Shown here in pieces: positions 35,843-47,576 of a DNA stretch of 64,000 bases (position 1 is its first letter; every line of letters starts with the position of its first letter). The stretch comes from Psilocybe cubensis (taxonomy: Eukaryota): contig CM039005.1 of NCBI GenBank assembly GCA_017499595.2, positions 2,976,001 through 3,040,000 on the forward strand. Direction: 5' to 3'. Under the pieces are notes generated by a model. The model was given only the letters and a program-made list of their open reading frames with translations. It was not told the DNA's origin and did not search any database. The position numbers and the translations under genes are program-made.

Positions 35843-37110
35843 TTACAATGAAAGATGTATTGTTTTCCCTTCCCTTGCGCTTTTCTCAATAGCATCAATG
35901 AGCTTATGGTTCTTGACTGCATCCTCGATGGTGGCATGATGGCTCCCATGCTCGGCAAAGTCTTTCCAAGCAGCTCCAATAGTATGCACGGCACCTGTCG
36001 GACCGTCCAAATCGACCTGCGTCCCATTCAAATACACCTCAGGCTCGACAACGCTAGGGAAGGGCGAAGACGACTCTATCCGTATAACGCCCTCGTCGCC
36101 CTCGATCTCCCACATGTACATCCGTCGCCCTTTTCCTAGGGCATATCCAGATCTCCAGAACAGGTTGGCCAGTACACCCCCTGGTAAAATTCCCGTGATG
36201 GAGAAATGGTCCGGGTTCTGTGCAGCATAGGTTCGTGGAGTGGGTTTTCCATCATTGTCGACCACAGTGCCCGTGGGATATGCTATGGTACTCGTCGCCG
36301 TGATGCTCGAGAAGTCTCCGAGAAGATAGGAAACCGTGTCAAGTAAATGAAGAATGGGTATGTGAAGTTGTGTGGCTCCTGATACGATAATTAATATCAT
36401 TCATTCCAAGTGAATAGAAAACATACCATTTTTATGCTCCACGAGATAAAGATCCTTCTCTTTGGAAAATGGAATCCATAGATGCCCTTCCCTCGGTATT
36501 AGGTTCGTCTGTAGGTTAAAGGTATCAAGTATGGAACAACATATCACCAAAATTAACTCACAATATTGGTGGACCTGACAGTACCAATAATACCCGAAGA
36601 CAATAACTCTCGGACCTAAATTAAAACCATTAAATACCGCACAGCCGACGTAGTATTACTTCTCACCTTCTGGATCGCTGCCTGATGTCTCGTTTGAAGA
36701 CCCACGATGGTCCTTACACCGTGAACACGAGCAGCTTCTGCGATCTCCTCTGTCTCCTCCAACGATGCCCCTGCTGGCCATTCGATAAAGATGTCCTTCT
36801 TCGCTTGAATGACGGGAAGCACCAGTGCTTTGTGGTACGGTGCCTTGACGGAAATCGCTACTAGGTCTACGTTCGGATCGGCAGCGATTTGCTCCGTGCT
36901 CCCGAAATACGCCTCGATGGGATGTCCAACCTCTTTCGAGTACTTCTCAGCGGAGGCGCGTGCAGATTCTTCTGAGCTGGTAGAGACGGCAACGAGGTCG
37001 TATGTGTTCTTGAGAGAGTCCTGGAGTAGTGCAGGTCCGAGGACAGCCGAGGCCCACCCTGTAGTAGACAAGCCAACGAAGCCGACTTTGATCGGGGTGG
37101 TGGTGGACAT
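35843..37110 (-). CDS. Gfo/Idh/MocA-family NAD(P)-binding oxidoreductase (Gal80-like)
   Basis: Motifs IKVGFVGLSTTGWAS, VDLVAISVKAPYH, IFIEWPAG, VGLQ, GHLLD-like IPILHLLD and WEIEGDEG. Confidence 0.88.
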
Positions 37111-37687
37111 GGTGTATTGTGAGCGAAAGACAATGTAAAATGGGATGAAATGTTGTTGATCGATACCGATTTCTGTGTTCCTCTACTTAACGTCTGCGGA
37201 TAGTCGGAATCTTGTCAGTCTCAGTAAGCAAAGGACTGGTTAGTATTGCATTGCATTGGTAACAAATTGGTAAGCATTGTACTTCAAGACACACATTGGA
37301 TGATGCTCCTTCCCCGTCGCATGGTGTAAATCGAGTTACCGTTGAATAATGAAGAAAGAGGAACATGACAAAAGTTGTGTTTCGAGCAGGCTCCGAGGTC
37401 GAAGCTCTGGTTCGAGCGGAGGCAACTTACGCCCGAGGTTGATTAATTGATTGATGGAAGCAAGCGGAGTTTGAAAAACGGTTTTCCGTTCATATAGGGG
37501 ACAACAAGGGCAACAAGTTCATCCTAGGACTATTATTTTATACACATGTCGGTGCACTCTTACTGGAGACACTCGTTTGAGAGACCCGTGTGAGAGGTTT
37601 CATAGCTGTGTCATTCTAATGGAAAGATGCGGATAAGCGCTTTGGATGCTCAAAAGACGACAGACTCTAAGAAGCATAGAAAGACAG

Positions 37688-39589
37688 CTAAAGTGGTACA
37701 GCTTCTACTGACTGTAAGAAGTCATTCTTGGGGTCGACCGAGTGGAATTTGATCAAACGCCAGCCGGTGCTTTCCAGGAGAGATTGTAGACCCAATACAG
37801 TATGTTCCTGAGCGTTGAAATAAAACATCATCTGTGTGGCAATCAGTACATATGATATACTCTTGTATCGCTAAACTCACAGTTAAGTCTAATGTATATG
37901 GACTGTTGCTAACCGCGCCATAGTTAGGGAGAAGAGGTTCCGGTGCTTCCTTGTAGTATGTCCCTCCATTGTCAGAGAGGGTCTCGCTGTCGGAAGAGCG
38001 TCTACAAGCATAGGGAAGGACGTTGTCGATGACAATGAGCGTGGTTTCAGGCGTCGCTGCTTCGCGCAACCGCCGCAGAATCTTGGCCATATACGGCTTG
38101 GGCCAATTGTGTAATATGTGCTTCAAAAAGAACACGGAGGCGTTTTTGACAGGTTGGACATCAAAGAAATCTTGTGCTGCATTTTGAACGCGTCAGTATA
38201 TGTGAATTATCATGATCATTCGAGAGATTTGCAAACCTTGCAGCTTGACCCTATTGCTAGAGAGCGCATGAGGATATTTCTGCGACCAAAACTTTGATAA
38301 AATTCAAGGTGAGATCGTTGAAGGACAAGGAAAAAACTGGTTATCGTACCTTTTTGCCCTCTTCGACAACAATAGGAAGATCTTGAATAACGATATTCAG
38401 ATCGGGGTACCTTTCAGCCAGAGGAGATATCGTAACTCCTATGCCACCTCCGACGTCAACAACGGTGGAATCTGGCTTCAGCGAGTTCCAGTCAAACGCT
38501 ACAGGCCCCACATTTGAGTCTGTGCATCACATTAAGTAGACACAACCAACCTTTAAATACCAAATCAGGCGATTGAATCGCACCCATACCCTTCATCGCA
38601 TATCCAAATCGTCGATGCCTGAACAAATTGTCAGGTTGTTGGAAGAACTTCCAGTACGTCGTATCGGTGTTGAGGCCCTTGGAAAATATGGTATCCGTAA
38701 TTTCGTTGGAATGTCCGAGGACCGGATCTTTAAGCACGTCCCAAGCGATCGCACTGCACTTATGATCGAGGTCCAGACTGATTGCAGATCAGTTTGATTA
38801 GATTGTGTGTGCGCGAAATCACAACGTACTGATGGCTGATAAGCGCAGGGAACCCAGTTGATTCGTATTTGCTTTCTGGACTATCAGGTATCAATTGTCA
38901 CATCGCCCCAGTGAACGTAGGTGCATACGTACTCGGAAAATATTTCTTTCGAGGGTTTCCCGGTGTCCAATGTGCCAGAAATTCTATTGTTGGTGAAGAC
39001 ATATGGTTTGACCTCGCGATAGATGTGGTGAATGACCAGATATCTCATGATTCGCCCTGTAGGTATAAATGTCAAAAATTTCCTCTTGCGATAAAATAAG
39101 ACACTTGCCGAGCTTGGAAGGATCGAGCCCACATTTCGCAGCGATCTCGTTGACGTGAAGTCCCTGACACAATGGTCTTAAGTAGGTGAAAGTAGAATTG
39201 GATGAATACTTACCTCTGGACCAGCCTCTCGCAAAATCTCTGTGACATTAGCCTCCAAACAAGTCCTCACCGCAAAAGAGTGGTGTTCCTACAATGTAGA
39301 CTGTAAGTAATGGATACATATTCAGGGAACATCGACGTACTCCGAGTGCCAATTTGTAAAGCGAATCTGTAGGAGGAAGTAGAACCGCTGCCAGCTGCAT
39401 ACAGGCCGCAGCGGCGACCTTTACTGCTTCAGCAACGCCAGGTGCAGAACGGAAGGCCTCTGAGGAAGGGTCGAATCCAAATGAGTTCAGATCCGGGATA
39501 GAAGTTTGTGATTCGAGCGTGAGGCGCTCTAATGTGGCGACCGAGTCTGAAATGAGACTGGCCAACTGGGAGATTTGACTAGCAGACAT
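37688..39589 (-). CDS. SAM-dependent O-methyltransferase (Methyltransf_2, secondary-metabolism type)
   Basis: Motifs VVDVGGGIG, IVIQDLP, HDFFDVQPVKNASVFFLKHILHNW and FNAQEH, with an N-terminal dimerisation region. Confidence 0.92.
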
Positions 39590-39935
39590 TGTTGGGTGAC
39601 GAGAACGAGTTGCGATGGTATTTATCGTGCCGCGCGATCACCACAATATAATGTTTTGATCCAACTAATGAAGCTTGAAGCATTAGGTACACACCCGTGC
39701 CAGATGACCCACACCGAACAGGCATGTTTCTGTATGGTCATTCCGCTTCACTTGCCATTATTTTGATGCCAGGGACGTCATGACTCATGCCCATAGAACT
39801 CCGCCGTCAGGGATTTGTATCGAGTTGAAACACGGGGCGTGGCGGTCGGTGGCGCATAAATGAAAAGGGTTGGATGACGTCAAAATCGAAAGTCGAGAGC
39901 AAACGGGTTTCTCTAAACCGAATTCCAACACCAAC

Positions 39936-39960
39936 CTTCAAGCTTCAAGCTTCAAGCTTC
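39936..39960 (+). repeat. Short tandem repeat (CTTCAAG) x3.5 upstream of the O-methyltransferase
   Basis: cttcaagcttcaagcttcaagcttc read directly from the sequence. Confidence 0.7.
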
Positions 39961-40573
39961 GAATACCAAGTGTGAGGGTTCACTATGCACGAGCAAGGAG
40001 AAAATAATTAAACTTTTCGTGGGAACATTCGAGAGGTTCGGTGGTTGTAGGCTGAGTTTCAGTCGGTGGCAATATTTGGATGACTTTGATGGGAGGATTT
40101 GATTCATGTATAATACTAAGAAACCGATTCATGGTGTGGCCAAATGAAGATAGCAGGGTATGATACTAAACCACTACAGATTCCACTGTAGCAGATATTG
40201 GGGAAAAATCTGAAAATTGTACTTCCGTTGGAGTTTAACGCGATATGATATTCAATCTCCGACTGAAAACGACTATACTCCGACTGATCATCGATCAAGC
40301 TCTGAACTCAAACATGTTGGGGTCACAGTTAGACGTTAGACATTAGATTGGTATCGCTCTGATTTCACAATTCTCTCCCTCATGTTCAAATTTCACCAAC
40401 AGTATGTTTAATCCCACTACTTGGCGGGAGGTAAGGCGATGCCAAGGTCACCCAAGCGCAATAAATGACGAAAATCTCCCATTTAAATAATATCGACGTC
40501 ATTTGGGGTAGTGGAACAAGTGGATAAACTTAAATATCAGCGTTCAAGACTCCTTGATCCAACCGCTACCACC

Positions 40574-41337
40574 ATGTCGCAAGCACACAATCACCATACC
40601 ACACACGGACATAACGAAATCGAACACTTGCACCATCAACAACATCACCGCGATGAGGATGGACACCATCACCATTACTCTGTTCCTGCTCGGAAGCTCG
40701 TTTTCACCAAGGGGATTCTCGACATACTCGTATCATTATTCCTGCTGTTTTTCCCATCTTTCTTCCTAGATGGGCCCTTGACATCGGCAGTGTACAATCT
40801 GACTGGAATTGTAAGCATGTTTTGTCGAATGGGAGTCGAATTTTGACACTGATCATGGTATACGGGTGTAGCCAGCGGCATCATGGGGACAGGACCACGC
40901 AGGTGTTGCTAGTCTATCTGCACTGGTCATGGGATGCGGCTTTGCTGGAATTACAGCTGGACAGACAGCGTCTGACGATGGATATAGGGTCGTTGGTGCG
41001 TAACGGAAAGCATCGCCCTGTTTTACAATTTACTGACCTTATTTTATAAACAGCTGCCCTGAACGGCGCATTTGCGATAGCTGGATTTATTATATGCCTC
41101 CTTTCTCCACACAAGTACGGCTCGGTATTCCTCTTGTTTATGTCTATCCAAGACATCATCTGGTATGCCGCCATCGTACATGCTGGATCCTTTGGACCAT
41201 TGGACTCCCTCGGGTTGTCAAGTCGGGGCCTTTGTGTGTTGGAAGAACGACTCTCGAGGGACGTGCTGAGACGCAAAGCAGAATTCGACGCGAGGCATGG
41301 ACATGGCCATCATGAGAAGCATGGCTTGGAAGGTTAG
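40574..41337 (+). CDS. Small ~4-TM membrane protein with His-rich N- and C-termini; 3 exons
   Basis: MSQAHNHHTTHGHNEIEHLHHQQHHRDEDGHHHH, then hydrophobic segments, ending RHGHGHHEKHGLEG*. Canonical introns at ~40811-40870 and ~40996-41053. Confidence 0.8.
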
Positions 41338-41522
41338 AGCGTCATTACATGCCCTGCAAGTGTGATACGAGCCTAGCTATTAGTGTAATATATTTACTAC
41401 AAAAGTTATGCCTATATATCTCCTGTCGCAATTCTGCCAAATTATCTGAAAAATATGTTTCTGCACAAGCATTTATGATAGTCCGGATTTGATCAAATCC
41501 ATTGGTTTCTAGACCTGCTGGG

Positions 41523-43662
41523 TTACGCCTGTGATTCCTTCATCATTTTATTTTCCATCTGCTGATTGAGTACCACATTATGTACTGGTAGCATGTCTTG
41601 CGCTGCCTTCTTCCTGCGGATCATTACCACCATGGCAATGTACATAATGCATCCAAGTAATGCCACAATCTGTTGACGTTATTGAGTTGTATTTTTTTTC
41701 ATGTCATTATCGTAACCGCTTACACCACTGAAAACTGATGCTCTCCACCAGATAAATGATGAAGTCAGCAACGCTCCTTGAATAGGGGCGCCTATCAGCC
41801 CTCCAAATCCTGAGGAAGAAGGGTAAAAATTCCGAAAAAATGCAAACAGATTGTCATGATACTTTCCAGCGACAGTGAAGCTGATTCCCATACGCAGACC
41901 AATCTCGGAAACGTCATCTGCGAGATTAGCGATCATTGGCGCCATTAATGCAATGTCTGTCCACTGTATTAGTATACAGTGATTTTAACGCTCGTAAAAT
42001 TACTCACAGGCACCAGAGAAGAAGCCATACACCACTGCAAAGAGTACCACACTCGAGACCTCGGATATGCCTATCATGAAAAATATAAGGATACTACAGC
42101 ACGCTGTGCAGAATACCACAAGATTTCCGATTCCAAATAGACCTCCAGAGAACCCCGCAAAGATCCTTCCAATACATGAGCATCCGTTCATCACAACGAG
42201 CTGGAAACATGCAACGGTAAGTTCACCCGCAAGGGACGAAACATGATATAACAAGTTACCGAATAAAACGCAAAGTTTGGGCTTAGATGATGCGTGATCG
42301 AATCCAACTGCAGGTAAAAAATGGGGTAGAAAAAACCTATTATGAAGAAGAAGAAGCTGTAGTATGTCTCGTTAGTATTGTGTTCTTTCCAGTTATTCAT
42401 CTTGCGTACCCCAGGGTAGAAAATATATAAGCTTTATCCTTCGAGAACTTGACCAACGATTTCTTCAAATCAGGCGTCGTAGCAGGGGGTGGAAGCCTCG
42501 TCTTCATAATCAAACAAGCGAGCAGGAGAAGTCCAGAAATCATCCCAGCGTTTGCTCTGGTCGCCTTTGCGAATCCAATCTTTGGGAGAAGGTTGTTGAG
42601 CATGATAGGATGCACTACGGCCCCAAGGGATGATCCAGTCGCCACTACGGTCATGACTAGACTCCGGCGTTGTTTGAAGTAGTGCGAAAGGATGGCGACT
42701 GAGGGGACGTAGATCATCCCAACTCCTAATCCGACACCTAGCCCTTGAGATAAGAATATTTGATAGTATTCTCCTTTCTGTGCAAGAGAGAGCATAAACA
42801 ATGAGAATGAGATGATCGCGGATCCTCCCCAGAGTAATGCATAGCTAAGAATGAATTGGTCGCTCAGCCATGAAGTGGATGTGGATACAAAGAGCTTCTA
42901 CGTACAAGTAACCGCGATCGTACACTCTCCCTGCTAAAAGGCCTCCTGATATCACCAAGAAAGCGTTTATGCTGCCGATCCATCTGTATTTCTTCTATTA
43001 ACATGCTCATAAATTGATGCAAAAAAAAAAAAAAAACCTCACGCAATGGATGATGAGCTTTCTTTCGTCAGATACTCGCGAACATAAAAGTCTGTGTGTA
43101 ACTTCAGTCACATTTGCTCACAACAAGGAAATGGGATGAAGTCTGAAGAATAAAACATAACAGACCTTGAAAGACTCCAAAGGAGGTAGAATACCTTGAC
43201 AAATTTATTCACAAAATGAGCATAGGCCATCGCAGGAGAGGGTAAATTGCCTTTTACCCGAATCCGCAAAACTGAATGATAAACCTGAATAGAACTAGCG
43301 TGTCACTAATTCCTTTCAACTCGCGAATCGATGTCGAACACATACGCGCCTAACGCAGTCCCCCAGCCAACCAATCCCCCCTCTGGGAACGTTGGTCCCA
43401 TGGAAGGTGCTGCATCCACTTTTCCAGCCGGTTGTACTTCTTTCGGCACCTCCTTTGACTTTTCGGAATAAATCGACGGTAGGCTCTCCGTAGAGGTGTT
43501 TGGTAACATGTATTTTGATTGGCGACCGCGGTCTTCGACAACTATCTGCTTCGAAAAACGTCTTGGAGAAGCGAAAGGATCGACGTTGAACACCGCAGGC
43601 GCTGAGGCGACGCTACCTCGGTAATATTTGACATCCCGGGATACATAACCCGAGGGTTCCAT
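41523..43662 (-). CDS. MFS transporter, monocarboxylate-porter (MCH-like) family
   Basis: Motifs FPEGGLVGWGTALGA, SFGVFQ, WIGS, YYQIFLSQGLG, ATGSSLG and EIGLRMG. Confidence 0.9.
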
Positions 43663-45006
43663 TGTCCACAAGTGCTATGCAATATGCGATTAAAAAAAGA
43701 GTGATATGAGGTGAGTCGGAGACCAGTTCTGGTCCTGCCAGGTGTATCTGAATGAGTGTATGTGTCTAGACGAGCAGCTAACAGAATTTTACGCTTCAGA
43801 CTGAACAAAGCCTTTTATTAGGAGTAACTGGGCGTAACTTACGCCCGTATGCGATGCCTGTCCTATTAATACAAATGATTTACGGAATACGACACTCGGG
43901 TTCATATATCTATTTAAACATCAACATATCGCCCCGATGAATGCAAACAAGGTTGTTCTCCAGGCAATAACTGGGTGGGTGGTCAGTGAATAGATCTGAG
44001 GACTAAGTATTGGTCAAAAGTCCAAAGGATTTTTTTGTAAAATAGATGATGGTGCGTTCAGTGACAATATTCGCGTTGCCTGTGGTATTCGTATGAGCAT
44101 CAAGGTTACGCCGATAGCGACAGCCACGATCGCAACTACGTCACATATAATACCGAGTTCCTGTACGTATCCTGGAGATTGTCCACGAGCTGTGTTGATA
44201 TGTATTAGCATCCACATATATTTGACAAGGTGAATCCACCCGTGTTTGCTTCGTCACGAGTGGATTACTATGGCCTAACTCTATAGAGATAATAATCAGA
44301 AAGGACGCCCATGGCGGTATCAGTCACTAGGGATGCCGCTCAATCATCATTGAGAGGTGACGAGGTACGCCTTCGAGGTCTTCCCTCTAAGAAACCATCG
44401 CTGTAGCCATGCTGACTGGAGCACCCCCCAAACGTCGGGAATGGGACGCACCTTGGCGTGATAATGCCAGCCTGCAAGAACCAGGGCCTAACAAAAATTT
44501 AAGGAACGAATAAATCAAACTATTGGTAACACAAAAGCGAAGAATATCGACTCCAGCGAAAGGTTGTTTCGCCACAATAAGATACAATGCCGTTTCAAAC
44601 TCAGACGGCACGCACTGAAACGTACCCTTGCGATGGTACAATAATCCATTCTATCTGCTTGCGATGTATAATGTCCGGTCAGCCAAGCACCACCATCATC
44701 CCTCGCTGTGTAGTGCACGGTTCGTCTTTCTTTTCCTCTGGCATTATACATTCTACATACGTATCATGCTGACACGTTACACCAGCGACAAGCCATGCTG
44801 TCTGGCGTCTGATTTGGCACTAATGCCAGGAAACCCTCCGTCCGCAAGTTACGCATAAGTAGTCGGTCACCCTACCAAACCCATCATCAAAACACGTTAT
44901 TCCTATCAAGAGAATTACAGGGAAGCGTAGGACTACTTGCGCAGTATCGGCGGTCCTGAGATGCATGCCCCCACTGTGAGAGAACTTGGCCGTTATCAAG
45001 GGGCAC

Positions 45007-45014
45007 TATAAATA
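45007..45014 (+). promoter_or_regulatory. Putative TATA box of the nitrate transporter gene
   Basis: tataaata about 170 bp upstream of the ATG at 45180. Confidence 0.4.
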
Positions 45015-45179
45015 TGTTCCACATATCTATTTGGGGCTGTATTGTAGCATCCTTCAAACGCAAGTTATTCTCTATTGAGCATTATTCTAAACTGATCGTA
45101 TGAACTCGTATAATTCAGCAGCGGCTCTCTGTCCAATACTCCAACCTTTCCGTGCAACCAATCGATATCGAACTCCCCA

Positions 45180-47143
45180 ATGCACGCACAATCTCGAGAA
45201 CCTCCTTCTTTCCAATGGGCTCATCTCTGGCAACCCGCCATTGTCAATCCAGTCAATCTGAAGAGCTATACCATACCATTATTCAACTTATGGGATCCAT
45301 ATGCGAGAGCTTTCCATCTTAGTTGGCGTACATGCTGTTTTACTGATACATCATGCGAAGCTGATACACGTTCTGCAAAGTGGGATTCTTCGTAGCGTTC
45401 TTGTCGTGGTTCGCTTTTCCTCCACTCATACCCGACGCAATCAAATCAGACCTCCACCTCTCCGCTGCAGAGGTGGCAAACTCAAATGTCATCGCCTTGA
45501 CATCCACCTTCGTCATTCGAGTCATTGTTGGGCCACTTGTTGATAGATATGGACCGAGAAAGGTGATGGCGTATTTGCTCATTCTTGGTGCCATCCCATC
45601 TGGGCTAGCAGGGACAGCACATGATGCTGGAACCCTCTATATTCTTCGGTTCTTCATTGGCATCTTGGGGGCTACATTTGTTCCCTGTCAGGCATGGACC
45701 TCGGCGTTCTTTGATAAAAATTGCGTGGGGACTGCGAATGCATTAGTTGGAGGCTGGGGTGAGTGGCTCCTGATTGGTTCTGGAGAAATTATCTGATGCC
45801 GTTATATTTGCATACGCAAGGAAACATGGGGTGAGTGGATATGTCCCTTGTTTGAACTTGGAATTGAATGCACTTTAGGGGCGGTGCGACCTTTGCTATT
45901 ATGACGTCCCTTTTTCAAAGTTTGACGTCCAGGGGGATGACATCCCATACGGCATGGAGGGCATCCTTTGCGATTGTTCCGTAAGTGACATTGAACATTC
46001 TGAATATGCATGTCTATAACTGTGGTCCAGTGTACCAATTCTTCTCTTCGTAGCAGGATTGGTATTTTTATTTGGCACTGACCATCCAGCTGGTAAATGG
46101 TCAGAGAGGCACAACACCCCCGCTACACAACTAGCACTTCGTCAAGGATACCAGACCCAATACACTCTGCATCATGACGAGAGCGCAACGGAAAAGAATA
46201 TCCTTGGCGGCGACAGCGAAAAGGCCATCGTCAGCATCACTGATCCTGCAACAGACTCTGATGCTTCAGATGGGGTTGTAGTGCAGTCGACGGTGGACAT
46301 TGCCGTTAACGAAACGCTAACTGCAGCGGTTGCATTGAAACTTCTCGTCAGTCCGCTAACGTGGCTTCCGGCACTGGGATATCTGACTACCTTTGGAATC
46401 GAGCTCGCCATTGACAGCAGCATGTCGGGGGTGCTATTCACTTTGTTCAGCAAAAGACGACCGGGGTTCACGCAAACTACGGCTGGGTACTACACATCAA
46501 TCTTGTAGGTACCTTTATTGTCCTAGTGCGGCTTTTTCAGAGCTAATCTTGTGTGGATGGATAGCGGGTTATTGAACATAGTCACGCGCCCTCTCGGGGG
46601 ATACCTGGGGGATGTCATATACCGGTACTACGGTACCAGGGGAAAGAAGGTATGGACCGTAATCTGCGGCCTGATCATGGGTGCCTCCCTCCTCGCTGGC
46701 GGGTTCTATCTGCAGAACCACCGTACTGCAAACGATGCGCAGCGTAAGGGCAATTTATGGATCGCAATTATAATGTCGTTGGTTCTGACTGATTCTGTTC
46801 GCACTGGCATATTCCGCAGTCTCTGTGCTCATGGGCATCTTCTCTGTCGCTGCCATCTTCTCAGAGATAGGAAACGGAGCGAATTTCTCCCTCGTTCCAC
46901 ACTGCAATCCATTCAACAATGTGAGTATTTTTCTTGGGTTCTCAGCATTTTCACACGGCCCTCAGTGTTTTTTTAAAGGGATTTATGTCCGGGCTTGTAG
47001 GCTCGTTCGGAAACTTGGGTGGCATTGTTTTTGCTCTGGTGTTCAGATTTGTGCCGCAGGTGGGAAAAGCGTTCTGGATTATGGGTGTCCTCTCCATCGC
47101 TATAAACGTCTTGATCCTGCCTATTCCTGTACCCAAGCTGTAG
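45180..47143 (+). CDS. nrt2: High-affinity nitrate transporter (NRT2/NNP family MFS)
   Basis: Motifs RAFHLSW|LGFFVAFLSWFAFPPL, GATFVPCQAW, GTANALVGGWGN, GNGANFSLVPH and GSFGNLGG. Confidence 0.95.
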
Positions 47144-47576
47144 TGGCACGTTTTAGGATTAGCGCCTCCTGTCATGCTATTGTCGAAAGCCGACAGGTAG
47201 TAATTATGGATAATACACATGCTTTAAAAGGGATTCAGAGCTGGGGAATGCACCGTGATTTGAGGTTATTTATAATCTTGGTCATCCACGCAGTGATTTT
47301 TTCCCACAGGCAAGGACATTGTTGTGCGTGGATCTGTCAGTGTCATGATGGTCGTGCATCCTTTTCTCCATATTCATCATACACGAAGGTTGTTAATCTT
47401 GCTATCGGTCGAAGTGGGACCACACGACAAGGTTCTAGCGGCAAATGGAGCAACCTCTTATCATTCGACAGAAATCCTGGGCCTGTGGAGGCCAGACCCA
47501 ATGTAGGTCTGGGGTTAACTCGGAGTGGATGATTTAGCGACTTGAGCGTGTCCAACTTCGACGAACCTCCTTCAAG

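Noticed and set aside
43021-43036. Poly-A run
   Set aside because: It is an intronic poly-T tract of the minus-strand MFS gene, not a retro-element tail.
44014-44860. Possible small minus-strand gene or nitrite reductase relic upstream of nrt2
   Set aside because: No nitrite reductase motifs and no convincing spliced model.
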